DNA of 64,000 nt from Podarcis muralis (GCF_964188315.1 NC_135668.1:14260001-14324000), one strand, 5' to 3'; positions 36,908-49,667 are shown, counted from the stretch's first letter. Program-made: numbers and translations. Notes: a model not told the origin generated them from the letters alone.

Positions 36908-37849
36908 ATCATATCAGGTAACATACTGGTAATTTAATGGTACTCTGAAAGTACTTTCTATTGCTTTTTGCTTGCTTTAGAAAAAACAAAAAACAGAAGC
37001 TAAATAGTAAAAGAGAGATACGGTTGAAGTAAGGAAGTTGAGAATGAGTTTTTCACTACTTCCCAAAAACATTTGTTCCCAAAGACAGAATTGGAAAGAG
37101 TTAGACTACCAGCAAATTTTATGCTTGTAGGGAGTTTTCAGGAAAAGGAACCATTAGGAAAGCTTGAAATACTAATCCATTTAAAGTGAATCTTTTCCAC
37201 AAATTAAGATTTTCTGCCAGTCTCTAAAACACTGATGTTTAGAACTTTTATTCCTCAAGCTCAATTTACTTACTTACTTACCAATATTTAACAAGTCAAA
37301 TCCCTGATGCAGGTATAAGACACTTGTGGTTCTCCATAGTTGGATTCAAACTCCCATTAGCCCCAGTCAGCAAGGATCAGGGATTAAAATGGTAATCTAG
37401 TAACATCCGGAGGGCTACCGGTTACCTACCCCTGCCCTGAAAAAATCTTCACAGTAAGATACCTTTTCTCATGCCAGTTACAGTTCTGATTTACTCACAA
37501 TATTTTCTTCCTATAGTGGTTTTGCAATTGACAATAATGTGGTGGCTCCTTGTGTGTGGAAAGCTCTCCCCAGGGAGGCTCATCTTTGTTACTGATCTTT
37601 AGGCACCAGGCAAAAACATTCCTCTTAACCAGGCCTTTGGCTGTTAACCCATCTATTGTCTTTTTCTATTATTTATTAAATTTACAGCATTAAAAATACA
37701 GTAACTTGGATTCTCAGGCCATACTGTAAAAGGCCCTGTACTATCTGGAAAAGCTTTGTCAGACAGCATAGTGAGGATGCAATGGTGGCAGTAAAGTATT
37801 GCTTCTTTGCTGCCTTCACTGACAAGGAGTAGGCTTGATAATAAGCCCT

Positions 37850-38110
37850 CAGCAGTGTTCAACTGCATTCAAATGGAGTTTTCCTCCACTTGCGTTTAAG
37901 CAGTCTTCCAACTTGTTTCATGGCTCTGAACTCTGGAGTATACCAAAGAGCCAAGCAGGCTCTATGAAGCAGGAGAGCCTTTTGGATATTTCACAAGTTG
38001 GCCAAGGCTTCAAAAGAAACAGCTGTCTTGTCAGCTGGAAAATCTCCCCAAGCTGTCTGGAACTCAACTGGATCCATCAGCTTCTGAGTGCAGACCATCC
38101 TGCACATTCA
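37850..38110 (-). mobile_element. Old L2 ORF2 fragment
   Basis: Decayed frames MDPVEFQTAWGDFPADKTAVSFEAL and WYTPEFRAMKQVGRLLKRKWRKT. Confidence 0.6.
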
Positions 38111-38206
38111 TCATTCTTGTTTTTTGTTGATAATTGTTAATTTCTTGCGGGAAGACTGATGATAAAACTGCACTGCTGCAACTATGTCCCAGTTACCAAC
38201 TCACAA

Positions 38207-38447
38207 TAGTCGTACCTTGGTTTTTGAACAGAATGCGTTCTGGGAGTCCATTCAACTCCCAGAATGGTTTGAAAACCAAGGCACAGCTCCCAATTGGCTG
38301 CAGGAGTGTCCTGCAGCCAATCAGAAGCCACACTGGATGTTCAGTTTTCGAAATCATTCGAAAACCGGAATTCTCACTTCCAGTTTTCAATTGTTTGGGA
38401 GCCAAAATGTACAAGTACCAAGGCGTTCGGCAACCAGGATACGACTG
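38207..38447. mobile_element. Tc1/mariner-type MITE, degraded
   Basis: Ends tagtcgtaccttgg / ccaggatacgactg-TA. Confidence 0.7.
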
Positions 38448-39907
38448 TAGTCAGAATCTTTTTTAGTGCACACTCATTTTTTGGATTGGCTCTTATCTGT
38501 ACAGCCATGATAAACATAACTTTTTATGTTTCATTTTTCATAATCACAGAAAACAGAGACAGGTTTGTAAGCCTCTGTAGTCACTGCTTCAATCCCCATC
38601 ACTCAAGCTCTCTTCTGCTTTCAACTCCAGTAACTTTCCCCCAGTGATCATGGCTCTACAACCTCTATGATACAGTAAATCAGGTATTTCCATTATTTCT
38701 AATGTGTGTTTTTCTACTGAGCAATGAAGTACATTTTTGCACAGCAGCAGCTTCATCCGGTTACTCAGAATTCATAGATTTGTATGCTGACTAGTTAGTT
38801 GGTTTGCAGATTGTGTCTTTGATGGCCCATGCTGAATGATACACCTTTTTTGTGTAAAAGAGATAGGTGATCTTCAAATTGTTCCATTGTTTTGTTATCT
38901 CTAAAGGGAAAAAGAGAGTACTAATCAGTAATGTAACCTGTATACTTGGTACAGCCTTATTAATGAATTGCATCAAATAATGCAGCTACATCACCAAAAC
39001 TGTAGTTGGTTGGGATAAACAAGCATCTGCATTGTTGTAACTCACATGGATATACTCATGCCTGCCTTAATAAAGATTCCCCTACATAGCCTTCAATCTC
39101 TGGATCTCTGCCTGAATCCTTGAAACTGACATTACCATGCCATATCACATAATGGTTTGGGTCTATCTGAGAACAGCTAAACCTCTGAAAGCAGTATTAT
39201 TTTTACCTGCACTAGCTACTGCAACAGAAGATACCATTTGGATTAAAAGTCCATTCCATTCAGCAACCTGTTCATCAAAATGCAGGGTTTCAGACTTAAG
39301 GTCCTACATCAGACACAAATAAGGATCTGGTTTGCAAGTGGAAATGTAGGGCAAGAGAGGACTAGAAGAACAGGACAAATGTGGGGGCAGAGTTTGTGTG
39401 GTAACCACCTGTTTTTTTCACAAAACAGCATCAGGTTAGTTTCAGTGGATGAACAATGAAAGCACAGCTTTGCTGATGGTACTGCAAGAATCACTTCACA
39501 AAAACATGTTCATAGGCCTGGAATCAAGATACCAGCAGATACACTGAGATCAGAAAGGAGTAGAAAGGCTCCTCATTTCTGGGAGTCTGTCTGCACTTGG
39601 CTTGCAGCCTGCATTCACTACTGACCCTGCAGTAATATTCTGCTGTTACAAGGCACAGTGGAAGCTGTCATGTGGCCAACATAAAACACTCTGAATCTTA
39701 TAGGAAACTTACTAAATACAAAGTATATTTTATTAAATTTACAATATATTTTGAAACATGGTTTGTTCTGAGCTGCCCAGAGTACAGTGATTGCAGTGAA
39801 TTGACAGCACATGGCTTCTTCATAAAACACACATACAATGCTCCCCACCCCATTCACCAGGCTTGATGAAGATTGCTCATTTTGTGGGGTCCTAGTAATG
39901 CTATTGT

Positions 39908-40255
39908 GGGACGGGTGGCGCTGTGGGTAAAAGCCTCAGCGCCTAGGGCTTGCCGATCGAAAGGTCAGCGGTTCGAATCCCCGCGGCGGGGTGCGCTCCT
40001 GTTGTTCGGTCCCAGCGCCTGCCAACCTAGCAGTTGTACTCCTGGGTGCTAGTAGATATATAGGGACCGCTTACTAGCGGGAAGGTAAACGGCGTTTCCG
40101 TGTGCGGCTCTGGCTCGCCAGAGCAGCGATGTCACGCTGGCCACGTGACCCGGAAGTGTCTCCGGACAGCGCTGGCCCCTGGCCTCGAGTGAGATGGGCG
40201 CACAACCCTAGAGTCTGTCAAGACTGGCCCGTACGGGCAGGGGTACCTTTACATT
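39908..40255 (+). mobile_element. Sauria SINE about 0.7 kb upstream of the GABPB1 CpG island
   Basis: Head gggacgggtggcgctg, tail gtacctttac; TSD tagtaatg(c/g)tatt. Confidence 0.88.
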
Positions 40256-40879
40256 TAGTAATGGTATTACCCCACTATTCCTTTTTTGGATTTCCCCTAA
40301 TTACAATAAGGCTGTGCACACACCATACATCCAAAGCACACTCCAGCCTCCGTCGAAGAATTCTGGCAAGTTATTAAAGGTATTGGGAATTTCACAGTGT
40401 GTGTGTGTGTGTATAAACTTTTCCCATGTTTTTTTTTTGGGTGTGTGTGCTTTGCTTGAAATGCATGGCTGCGCACACTGCCCAACAGAGCTACCCTACT
40501 TATTTTCTAATTTAAGTTTATGAAGCGGCTTTCTTCCACCTACAATCCTATGCAGACCTACTTGCGAGTAAGCCATACTGCACCGAGCAACATACAGCCA
40601 CAAGCTTGCTTTTTTAAATTTTGCACTCTCTCATACGTTGCCCTGGAAACGAAACACACTGAAACATATTAAGGTTTGCACAGGATCTCACTGCGAATTC
40701 ACGGCCCACTCCTACACGTGTCTGCTCAGAAGGAAGACCTACGAAGCTACTCCTAGGTAGGTGGCATGGGACTGCCAACCTGAACATTAATACTCCTCGC
40801 TGGCACCTCTTGACTTACTATCCTAGAGCTGAAAAAGACCTAACGCCCTCAGTGAAGCGCCTGTTGAGGAGCCTAAACA

Positions 40880-42250
40880 CGCCTCCACTACTGAACCCGT
40901 CCCCACCCCCTCCGCCGTTCAGGCGGGAAAAGAAAACCCCCAACGGCAGAAGATGGCGGCTCCCTTTCTCGCCTCGTCTCCCCCTCCCTTCTTCCGGGCT
41001 CTGCGCGTGCGCCGTGCGCCTCCTCCGACGGCCGTATCCCTCCGCCGCTCCCCCCCTCTTTTGTCCACCGACCGTTTGTGCGGTAAAATAATCCCGCGCC
41101 CCGATGAGGGCGAAAGCGCCCCCTCCGGTTCGCAAGCTCGGGGGCGCGGCCCCCTCCCCGTTTCCACAAGGGGAGGGTATTCCTCAGGAGAGGCGCCTCA
41201 GCGCGGCCAAAGCGGGTCCTCCGCGCTGGCTCCCCCGCCCCCTCGGGCCTCTCCTCCTTCCTCGCTCGCCTCACTCCTCGCCAGAGCGGCCGCCTGTGTC
41301 CTTCCGCCGAGCGCGCGCGGGGACTTTTTTGTGGGGCTTTTGGGCGCCTATGAGAAGCGGCGGCGGCCTTGGGCGCCCCTGCTCGTCGTGCTCGTGGGCG
41401 GCGGCGGCCGGGCGCGGGCAGCACGGTAAGCGAGGCCTGCTCCCTTCCTCTTCCCTTCCTTTCCCCCCACCTCCAATGGCCGGGCCGGCCAAGCTTTTCC
41501 AGGTCAGTCTGCGCCTTTTTGTATAGGGCCCTTGTTACCGGATGTGGAAGTTGATCTCTTCTTCGCTGGTAAAAAATAATTCCACTTCCCCCGGAACCCG
41601 GCGCTTACCGCGGCTCCCTCCGCTCCCTTCAAGCGCCCAACCCAGCCAGGATTTCCTGTCGGGGAAAAGCGGGGACGGGAGAGGCCTTCCGGGGATCTGG
41701 CGCTGAGGGGGGCTCCGCCTGAGGGAAATGGAGCCGGCGGGAAGCCGAGGCTCCCTGCATGAGGGCAGAGGCAGGAGACGGGGCGAGCTGGCGAGCGAGG
41801 CCTTGGCCGGAGCTGAGGCGCGCGAGCGGCTGCCCTTCGCGCCCACACTCGCGTTATGCCGCCGTTCACACGTTCCTTCGAATCCCGACCCGTGTTTATT
41901 CTCGAGCATGCGCTGTTCCGCGCGTTTGGGCTAAAGAAGCCTCGGCCCCGGGGAGCTGACTCTGAGCGGGGAGGCCTGCCCTTCCCGCCCGACGCGGGTT
42001 GCATTTTGAGGCAGGGCTTGCTCCTGCTGAGAAGGGAGCGCCTCTCTGGGCGGCCCCGTCGTGGCCTTGGGCCCGCCGGTGCGCCTGTTGCTTGGGAACC
42101 CGGGCTCGCTAAACACACCCACCCCAGGGAACGTTGGGTTGTGCGTAAGCGTGCGTGAAGTCGGGGCGCGGGCTTACTCGGGAGTAAGACCGCAGTCCTG
42201 GGGAGTGAGCCCCATTGAAGGCAGCCGGTGGCTCTGTTTGAGTAGATATG
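40880..42250 (+). promoter_or_regulatory. GABPB1 CpG-island promoter and 5' intron 1
   Basis: CpG-rich; YY1 consensus AAGATGGCGGC 40950-40960; ETS CTTCCGG 40991; NRF1-like TGCGCGTGCGC 41002-41012; ACCGGATGT 41537-41545. Confidence 0.85.
41000..41502 (+). other. GABPB1: GABPB1 exon 1 (5' boundary uncertain; donors at 41425/41426 and 41502/41503)
   Basis: Two donor matches, ACG|GTAAGC and CAG|GTCAGT. The aagcttttccag ending resembles the sequence before the human ATG as recalled. Confidence 0.65.
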
Positions 42251-45200
42251 CAGTTGGGATCGGGCTGCTCAAGATCCACTCTCTCGTCCTTTGGTCTCCT
42301 TTGGAGCAAGCGGGCTTCCCGTTGTGTGACAAAAGTCCTCCCTTGCACCTTTTTGAGTAGTGGATTCAAACACTCCCGAGGGCCAATGGGTGATAACATC
42401 TAGTCGCCTTGGAGTTGCATTTTTTGGACATCTCCCTGGTTCTGCCTCTTAGGATGAATTTGCCTCTGTTCCATGGGGCAAGTGGTGTTGATACAGTCAG
42501 TGTTTTTTTTTCCTCTGGGGGTACACATACCTCTAAACATTCTGTGAATCTATGTTTGGCCTCGTTGAGAGTCAGTATTTCAATATGAGTAGGAATATGA
42601 GAGTACCGCTAAACATTTTTCTTTTAGAAAAAAAGCATTGTATACAGTGACTGCTGCATAAGAAGAGTAGCCTTCCTCTTCCCATTGAGCCCTGCCAGAT
42701 GCCACCGCTCCCTGAAGTGGTAGGCTTCGCTGTGTAAAAGCATGTAAAAGTACCGTTGGATCTTTCCTGTAATTTTGTAGAAATCTCTCATTCTGAAGTG
42801 ACATGCTTGTTTCCGTATCTTGTATCCGAGCTGCGTATTCGCTCCATTTGTGCTGATCGCTATGATGAAACACAGCGAACAATGATGTTTTAAACCTGAT
42901 GTATTCATCTGGAGTAAGGCCAGTGTTTGCTCGGTACTTTGAAACCTTAAAATAAAGTTCTTAATCTGAAGTGAAGCTGATGTCTGCTTTTATTAAGGAT
43001 AACAGGAAAGCAAAGCGAATCCATTCCAGCCTGATGGATAATTTCTGATGAGTTATAACTAGGACAGTTGTAGCTCAGGGAGTACCGTAGTTGTAATGAA
43101 TTCCATCTGTTGGCACCGTTTTTTAAGACACTGCCAAAACAAGAAACACGTATCATCTAAAAAAAACTTTAAAAATGTGTGCTGATTGTAGCACTTAAGC
43201 AACACCAGCCTTATATTTAAGTGCCTGCCTGGTCGCCATAGGAGACAAAGAACTGCATACAGGTGAGTGCATGAAATTGCACCCAAGTGAATGTGTGGGC
43301 TGGCAGAGGAAATACTGCTCCTCTGTGCCCAGCACAGAAAGCAAGTGGGCTTCCAGAAGAGAAAAGCCAGCTCCTCCACTCCTAGCACAGAAATGCAGCA
43401 GGTTGCTGGAGACATGGAGCACCCCATTTCTTTTCTGCCAGCCCCCAACCAGGACCTTCTTGCTTGCAGGTTTGTAGCTTTTGTGCCCTTCCTTACAAGG
43501 CCAAAGTAACATGGCTGTTGATGAAAACACAAACTATTCTCAAAATAATTGTTCTATTGCCATAGATATACCATATATTAAACAAACAAGCAACCAGAGT
43601 TGGGATCCAGACAACTTGGCATACAAACAGACCTAGGTTTAACTCTTTGCCTTAGCATTTAAAAGGGTTTCAGGTAGCTTTGCTTAGGTGAGCTATGCCT
43701 CTTGCAGGAGACACAGAAATAGGCTGAAGGGCCAACCGTCCATGTAAGTTCATGCCCATTTATTTTGCAGATGGAAAAATCCTTGCTTTTTGAAGGAACA
43801 AGGTAATGGATTCCATATGCTTTTTAGAATTCCAGGCACATGTTTGGGGAAGGTGCTGTGTACCATGAGTTTGGACTCCCCCTCCGCCCCTCCCTCCAAA
43901 TTCACATACTACATTTTTGCAATTTCCCCATCATATTCTTGTTCCTTGTCTGTGACATAAAATCCAGTTCCACAGCTTAAGAAAACTCACGTATAGGCTG
44001 TGGCTATTTGAAAGCTGCTTTGGATGGCTACAGATTTCTTATAAGTAGCTCATAAACTGCACATCCCCAAACCGGAAAATAAGTAGTTTCTCATATGCTC
44101 TTGATGCTGATGTTACGCTCCTAGATTTAATATTTTCAATGAGATAAAAGGTTCTGTTTCATATACTCTTAGTGACAGGCAGTACTGACTTCCTTTTGTC
44201 AAATTTAGCTTATGAATTCTTTCACATGGGGGAATATGTTCTTGTATTATGCACAAATCATAGGCAAAAACTCTGTAGACTACCTTGTAAGAAGTGCATA
44301 GACAGCATTTAAATACATAGAGAAGTCTGTTCCAGTGTGTTATGCTTCCAGTTCTGTGTAGTCTGCTCAGAAGAATGTAAGCTAAAGGCTACTTTTGAAC
44401 TCATAAGAACTGTAGATACTAAAAGCTGACATAAATTAATACAGTATACAAATTAAAGGGAGGGACCATATTCTGTGATAAGTCTTAAAAAGCTGTTGAA
44501 TAAAACAAAATTACTAATTAAATTCCATAGACATAACTGCCAAAATTATGTACATTTAAAATGGTCAGTCATGGAAGTGAAGAATATTGTCAGTTGCTAT
44601 GGTGTGAATATAATATGGTATGATACTGTTATAACATAATTTGGTAAGGTGGTAGTTCTCCACTAGATGGCCCCAAAACATTTCTTTTGATTATCTGTAA
44701 CAAAGACTAATTCTAATAAAGTCAATTAGAATTTAGTCCCCAATTATTCACTAGCAAAATCAGATATTAGCTATTGACTACTGTGAGAAGAGGAATCAGG
44801 GTTAAGGATTATTAGGATTTCTAGTCTGCTTCCTCTCTGTTGATGTAGGTCACAATTTAAGGGGGGAAATGCATGCATACAATAACAAATATATACACAA
44901 AAACATGCCAACCTCTACTGCATTTACAGCTGCTACCCTGGTTATCTAAATCCAGCTCTCAAAGTTAGCCTGTTTTGAAAGGATGCTGTTTTGAAAGGAA
45001 GTCTGCAAGGGAATGAGGTTTCATGGAACGCAATGGTGATTGCCCTGGGATCAAGAACAGGAGCCTCTAAAGTACGTAGGGCTGAAACCATTCATGAATT
45101 TGTAAATAAATTCACCTTTGTGCTTGGATTATTATAGTGGCTAATGTAGATGTTGGAGGGCCACTGTAACATGCTCCATCACTGCATTTCGTTTCAGCTT

Positions 45201-45961
45201 AAACTTCCAGACAGTTTTCAAGCACAGTTTCACTAATTGTGGCCTAGGTTTGAGGTATTAAGTAATTTACAACAGCCAATCAATCTGAATTGGAAAGAAA
45301 GGGCCTCAGACTTTGCACCCATTAAAATAATAATTTATCATGGTCGCCATTATTTAACCTCCTTCCATACACAGGTTTCAAGGTGATGTACAAAATTCAG
45401 TAAAATTGGTGCAAGGCACTCCTTGTCACTGCAACTTTTCTCAAGATTCAGGAGCCAGACCAGCACAAGACACTTTCCACTTGAGATGGGCACCTACCTC
45501 CCAACCTAATTCCCAGTTTGCTTTTTGAAATTATGTTGATGCTATGTTAGCAGCAATCTGAGGCTTTTGGGACTCTGAAGAAGCCTCACCAGCTGCTTTT
45601 TTGCACCAGTTGGCTATGGAGATATGGCAGTGGTGATGATGGTAGCAGGTGGCCCTAAAAGCAGTGGCTTGGGTGGGTGAACATGGCTCATGATTAGCGC
45701 AGTTAAGGAGCACCCCAAGCTTCTATGAACCTTAATGATGAGGTGCCTCTGAATGATCAGGAGCAATGGAAGTTCCTAAATGCTTAGGTGGATTCAGTTG
45801 GTTCAATTGGCCTTACTGTCATTTAATTTTGTGCCTAATTGTAGCTGGACGGTAGCTTGAATCTGATGGGAAGGAGAAACAAAAGTTTAGTGCTGTCAGC
45901 ATAATGATAGTTTTGTCAGTGATTAGTGGAAGCTGGGTTTATTTCTGGTATTGCATTAGGA

Positions 45962-46097
45962 CAGGCATAGGCAAACTCGGCCCTCCAGATGTTTTGGGAC
46001 TACGACTCCCATCACCCCTAGCTAACAGGACCAGTGGTCAGGGATGATGGGAATTGTAGTCTCAAAACATCTGGAGGGCCAAGTTTACCTATGCCTG
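45962..46097. mobile_element. Short hAT MITE (same family as 35341)
   Basis: TIR caggcataggcaaact; perfect 8-bp TSD cattagga. Confidence 0.9.
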
Positions 46098-47306
46098 CAT
46101 TAGGAGATTTTTTTCCTGTTCTTTAGGACAGTGTGTAACCTTCATTCATTCATTTTATTTGTATGCCTTTTCCGCAAAAAATCCTGCTCAAAGCAGCTTA
46201 CAACAGGAATACATTTCAAACAAACACTACAAAAACAATTTCATAATAACATAGCCAAACAATAGCAAATATAATAACATACTAAAAACCACATTTCAGT
46301 ACTATAAATATAACAAGATTACTTAAACATGCAGCATCCAGTAGAAAATATAACAAGGGAGCTTCACCATTTCACCTTAGTCCTAGAAACACCCCTCCCA
46401 TGATTTTGCTCACATTTATAAGTCCTTACATTTAATTTGCATATGAGAGAGTTTGGAGTAGGCATACTATTATTGTTGTTTTAATATCATTTATGAAGCC
46501 AAATACAATGCATATTTACTTGAAAATAAATCTTTTATGAATTTAGTTGGACTTTGCCCTAAGTACGTTTAGGATTTCTTTGATATTCTTTGTTAATTTT
46601 ATCCCTTTGGATCTGATCAATTTTGTTTTAAACCATATTTTCATTCTAAGCTGCTATGGTGTGTTTTTTTAAAAAAAGAAAAGTATATTAAATGTTTTAA
46701 AGATTTAAAAACTCTTTTTCCAAAAAAAACTTACCCCAAAACCACTCAAAGCAATTTAGAGTAAAAATATATTAAAAACCAAACAAAGGGATAAAAATCG
46801 CAATTAGAATAAACACCTCCCAAAATAGTAATTAAAAGCCCCCATCAACTCACCACAAAACCCGGGTAGAGAGGATCACCCCCTTTCTTCTTTAGCTAAA
46901 ATATTCCAAGACTGCAGTGATAAAAGGCCCTGCTCCTAGGCGTCATTTTTCTAATCTGACCCCAGTAGGGGTATACAGGGCATACAGAGCAAGGCCTGAT
47001 ACCATGACTGCAACTGCTGCATAGGCCAGTCAAGGGAGATATGGCCCCTTAGATATGTGTGTCCTATGCTGTTAAGGGGTTTAAAGATCAAGACAAGCAG
47101 TTTAAAGAGCTTCCAAATATTCCAGAATATAAAGCCATGGTTTAATATTGGCTTGCGGATCTTGGCTTGTGGAAAGGCATTGACCGTAGTTCTCAGTTTA
47201 GACGTAAGTGGAAGCTAGAGTGAACTGCAGCTTCTTAGCTTCTTTGCTTGCTCTTGAAAAGGGGGGGGGGGATGAACAGGGGTGGGGGGCAAGGGGCTTC
47301 ATGGTA

Positions 47307-47532
47307 CAGTGGTACCTCAGGTTAAGAACTTAATTCGTTCTTGAGGTCCGTTCTTAATCTGAAACTGTTCTTAACCTGAAGCACCACTTTAGCTGATGGG
47401 GCCTCCTGCTGCCGCTGTGCCGCCAGAGCACGATTTCTGTTCTTATCCTGAAGCAAAGTTCTTAACCCAAGGGACTATTTCTGGGTTAGCGGAGTCTGTA
47501 ACCTGAAGCGTCTGTAACCCGAGGTACCACTG
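47307..47532. mobile_element. Tc1/mariner-type MITE
   Basis: cagtggtacctc TIRs; TA TSD. Confidence 0.88.
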
Positions 47533-47662
47533 TAATGCATGAAACTTGTCTCAGCTTCTTAAGACGGAATTTGTTTGTGCCAACACAACAGCCACCATCT
47601 ATTCAGCCTGCATCTCTGTTTTCAAGAATTTTTCAATTATACATGCCACATTTTTTGATATA

Positions 47663-47920
47663 CCGTATTTTTTGCTCTATAAGACTCACTTTTTCCCTCC
47701 TAAAAAGTAAGGGGAGATGTGTGTGCGTCTTATGGAGCGAATGCAGGCTGCACAGCTATCCCAGAAGCCAGAACAGCAAGAGGGATTGCTGCTTTCACTG
47801 CGCAGCAATCCCTCTTGCTGTTCTGGATCTGAGATTCAGAATATTTTTTTTCTTGTTTTCCTCCTCCAAAAACTAGGTGCGTCTTATGGTCTGGTGCGTC
47901 TTATAGAGCGAAAAATACGG
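47663..47920. mobile_element. Tc1/mariner (Tigger-like) MITE with internal hairpin, 75 nt upstream of GABPB1 exon 2
   Basis: TIR ccgtattttt..gctctataagac; TA TSD; sister copy of 16393-16651. Confidence 0.9.
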
Positions 47921-47995
47921 TATGTCCATTTATTAATAACTGGCATGTTGAATGAACCTTACCGTAATTCTTTTTCATCTGAAATCTTTCACCAG

Positions 47996-48103
47996 ATGTC
48001 CCTGGTAGATTTGGGAAAGAAGCTTTTAGAAGCTGCACGAGCAGGACAAGATGACGAAGTTCGCATTTTGATGGCCAATGGTGCACCTTTTACTACAGAC
48101 TGG
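47996..48103 (+). CDS. GABPB1: GABPB1 exon 2 ([36 protein letters not shown])
   Basis: 108 nt; the exon begins exactly at ATG after tttcaccag; donor gtaatg. Confidence 0.97.
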
Positions 48104-49499
48104 GTAATGAAAACATCTTTTATTTGTTTGTTTGAATTGCATGTTTTGCTTTTTTGTTGGTCTTTTGCATATATTTCTGAGAGAATCACTGGATTAGTGA
48201 CATTTGAAATAAGTGTATAACATCTGGATCCAAATTGTGTGACGAGAACAGGTCCTGCTCAATTTCATGATGGCATGAATCCCCCTAAAGGGTGGGATTC
48301 AACTAATGAGTCCCACCAGTGGAAACCCATGCAAGGACTTCTGTTTGTGAAACAGGGCTATGCCCTCTCTCCCCACTTCTCGTGCCCCCTAAAATTGATA
48401 TGGGGTGTGTGTGTTGGTTTCTGGTTCCCTTACTGAGCAGCTGCTGGTAGTCTATGTTTTCAGGGCTATGTTTTCATTCCACAGTCCAGATACTGTTGGA
48501 TTCCCACGGGAAAGGGAGACGGGATGTGAGGTTTACTGGTTTCCTGTTTCCTTTGTACTGTCGTTTCTTTGTCGGAGTTGCTCTCTGCTTCTCACAGAGA
48601 CAAGATGTATATTTGTATGCTCTCAGCATAGCTTAGTAATAAAGCATAGCAATGTAGCCATACCTGCCTCATCCTTCTGTTGCGGACTCTGGGTGTTTTA
48701 TACTCTGCTGGGCTCAAGCAAAGATGAGCCGTATCAGCTCAGAGGACCGGAGCTGAATTTATCTATCAGGAGAATCCCGAGAATAGCACACAGGGGGAGG
48801 AAGTTCATTCCAAGCTGGAATGATTGTGCTAACAGAACGTCCAACAGCATAATCTTGAATTCCTCCCAAAGACCCTGAAGTTCCAAACCAGCCCAGTACG
48901 GGCAGCCTCAGTATGATTATTGAACTTCTCCATGACCACTGTTCTGGAGTTCTTCAACACTCTAGAGTATCTTGACCAGCTCAGCCAGTAATGATGGTGG
49001 TATTAATTGTCTGACTGCAATACTAGAGCCTTATTATTATTTTAAAAAAACCATTTATTCAAAGCAAGAAAAAAGCACAAATAGTAATTTAGAAAATGTA
49101 GCCTTCTGACTGATTGTCTATGTATTGGACTGGATATTTATGAATCATGAAATGTAGGAGTAACTATCTGAGTAAGCAGGGCAAAGATTATTCACTTCAA
49201 CATCAAAAGTTAAGAAGAGCTAACAAATCTGTGTGAGTTTAATGAAAGCAGCCTCTTCCAGCAGCATTTCTACAGGATCGCCCTTTAAATAAATAAATAA
49301 ATAAATAAATAAGAAAACCTCACCCTAAATCATTTATGCACTTTAAAAATAATAATTCATGGCACTCAAAATTAAATATGTTAAAGAAGGGATGCCGTTA
49401 AATTAGAAGAGTATAAATATTCTGTGAGTTCACAACTAGAAGATAGATGGAAGTTAATTCTTTGTTTGCTTGTTAACTGTGCTATATATTGTGTTGCAG

Positions 49500-49667
49500 T
49501 TGGGAACATCTCCTCTTCATCTAGCAGCACAATATGGGCACTATTCCACCACCGAAGTGTTGCTTCGAGCTGGTGTAAGTCGGGATGCCAGGACCAAAGT
49601 GGACAGAACTCCATTACATATGGCAGCTTCTGAAGGCCATGCAAGCATAGTAGAAGTATTACTTAAG
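49500..49667 (+). CDS. GABPB1: GABPB1 exon 3 (ankyrin, [14 protein letters not shown]...VEVLLK)
   Basis: 168 nt; acceptor gtgttgcag, donor gtaaat. Confidence 0.97.

Noticed and set aside
37835-38466. 101- and 110-aa plus-strand ORFs in the intergenic gap
   Set aside because: Overlap an antisense L2 remnant and a MITE.
40810-42399. Many long ORFs (up to 204 aa) around the GABPB1 promoter
   Set aside because: GC-content artefacts. Only the frame continuous with GABPB1 via donor 41502 was kept.
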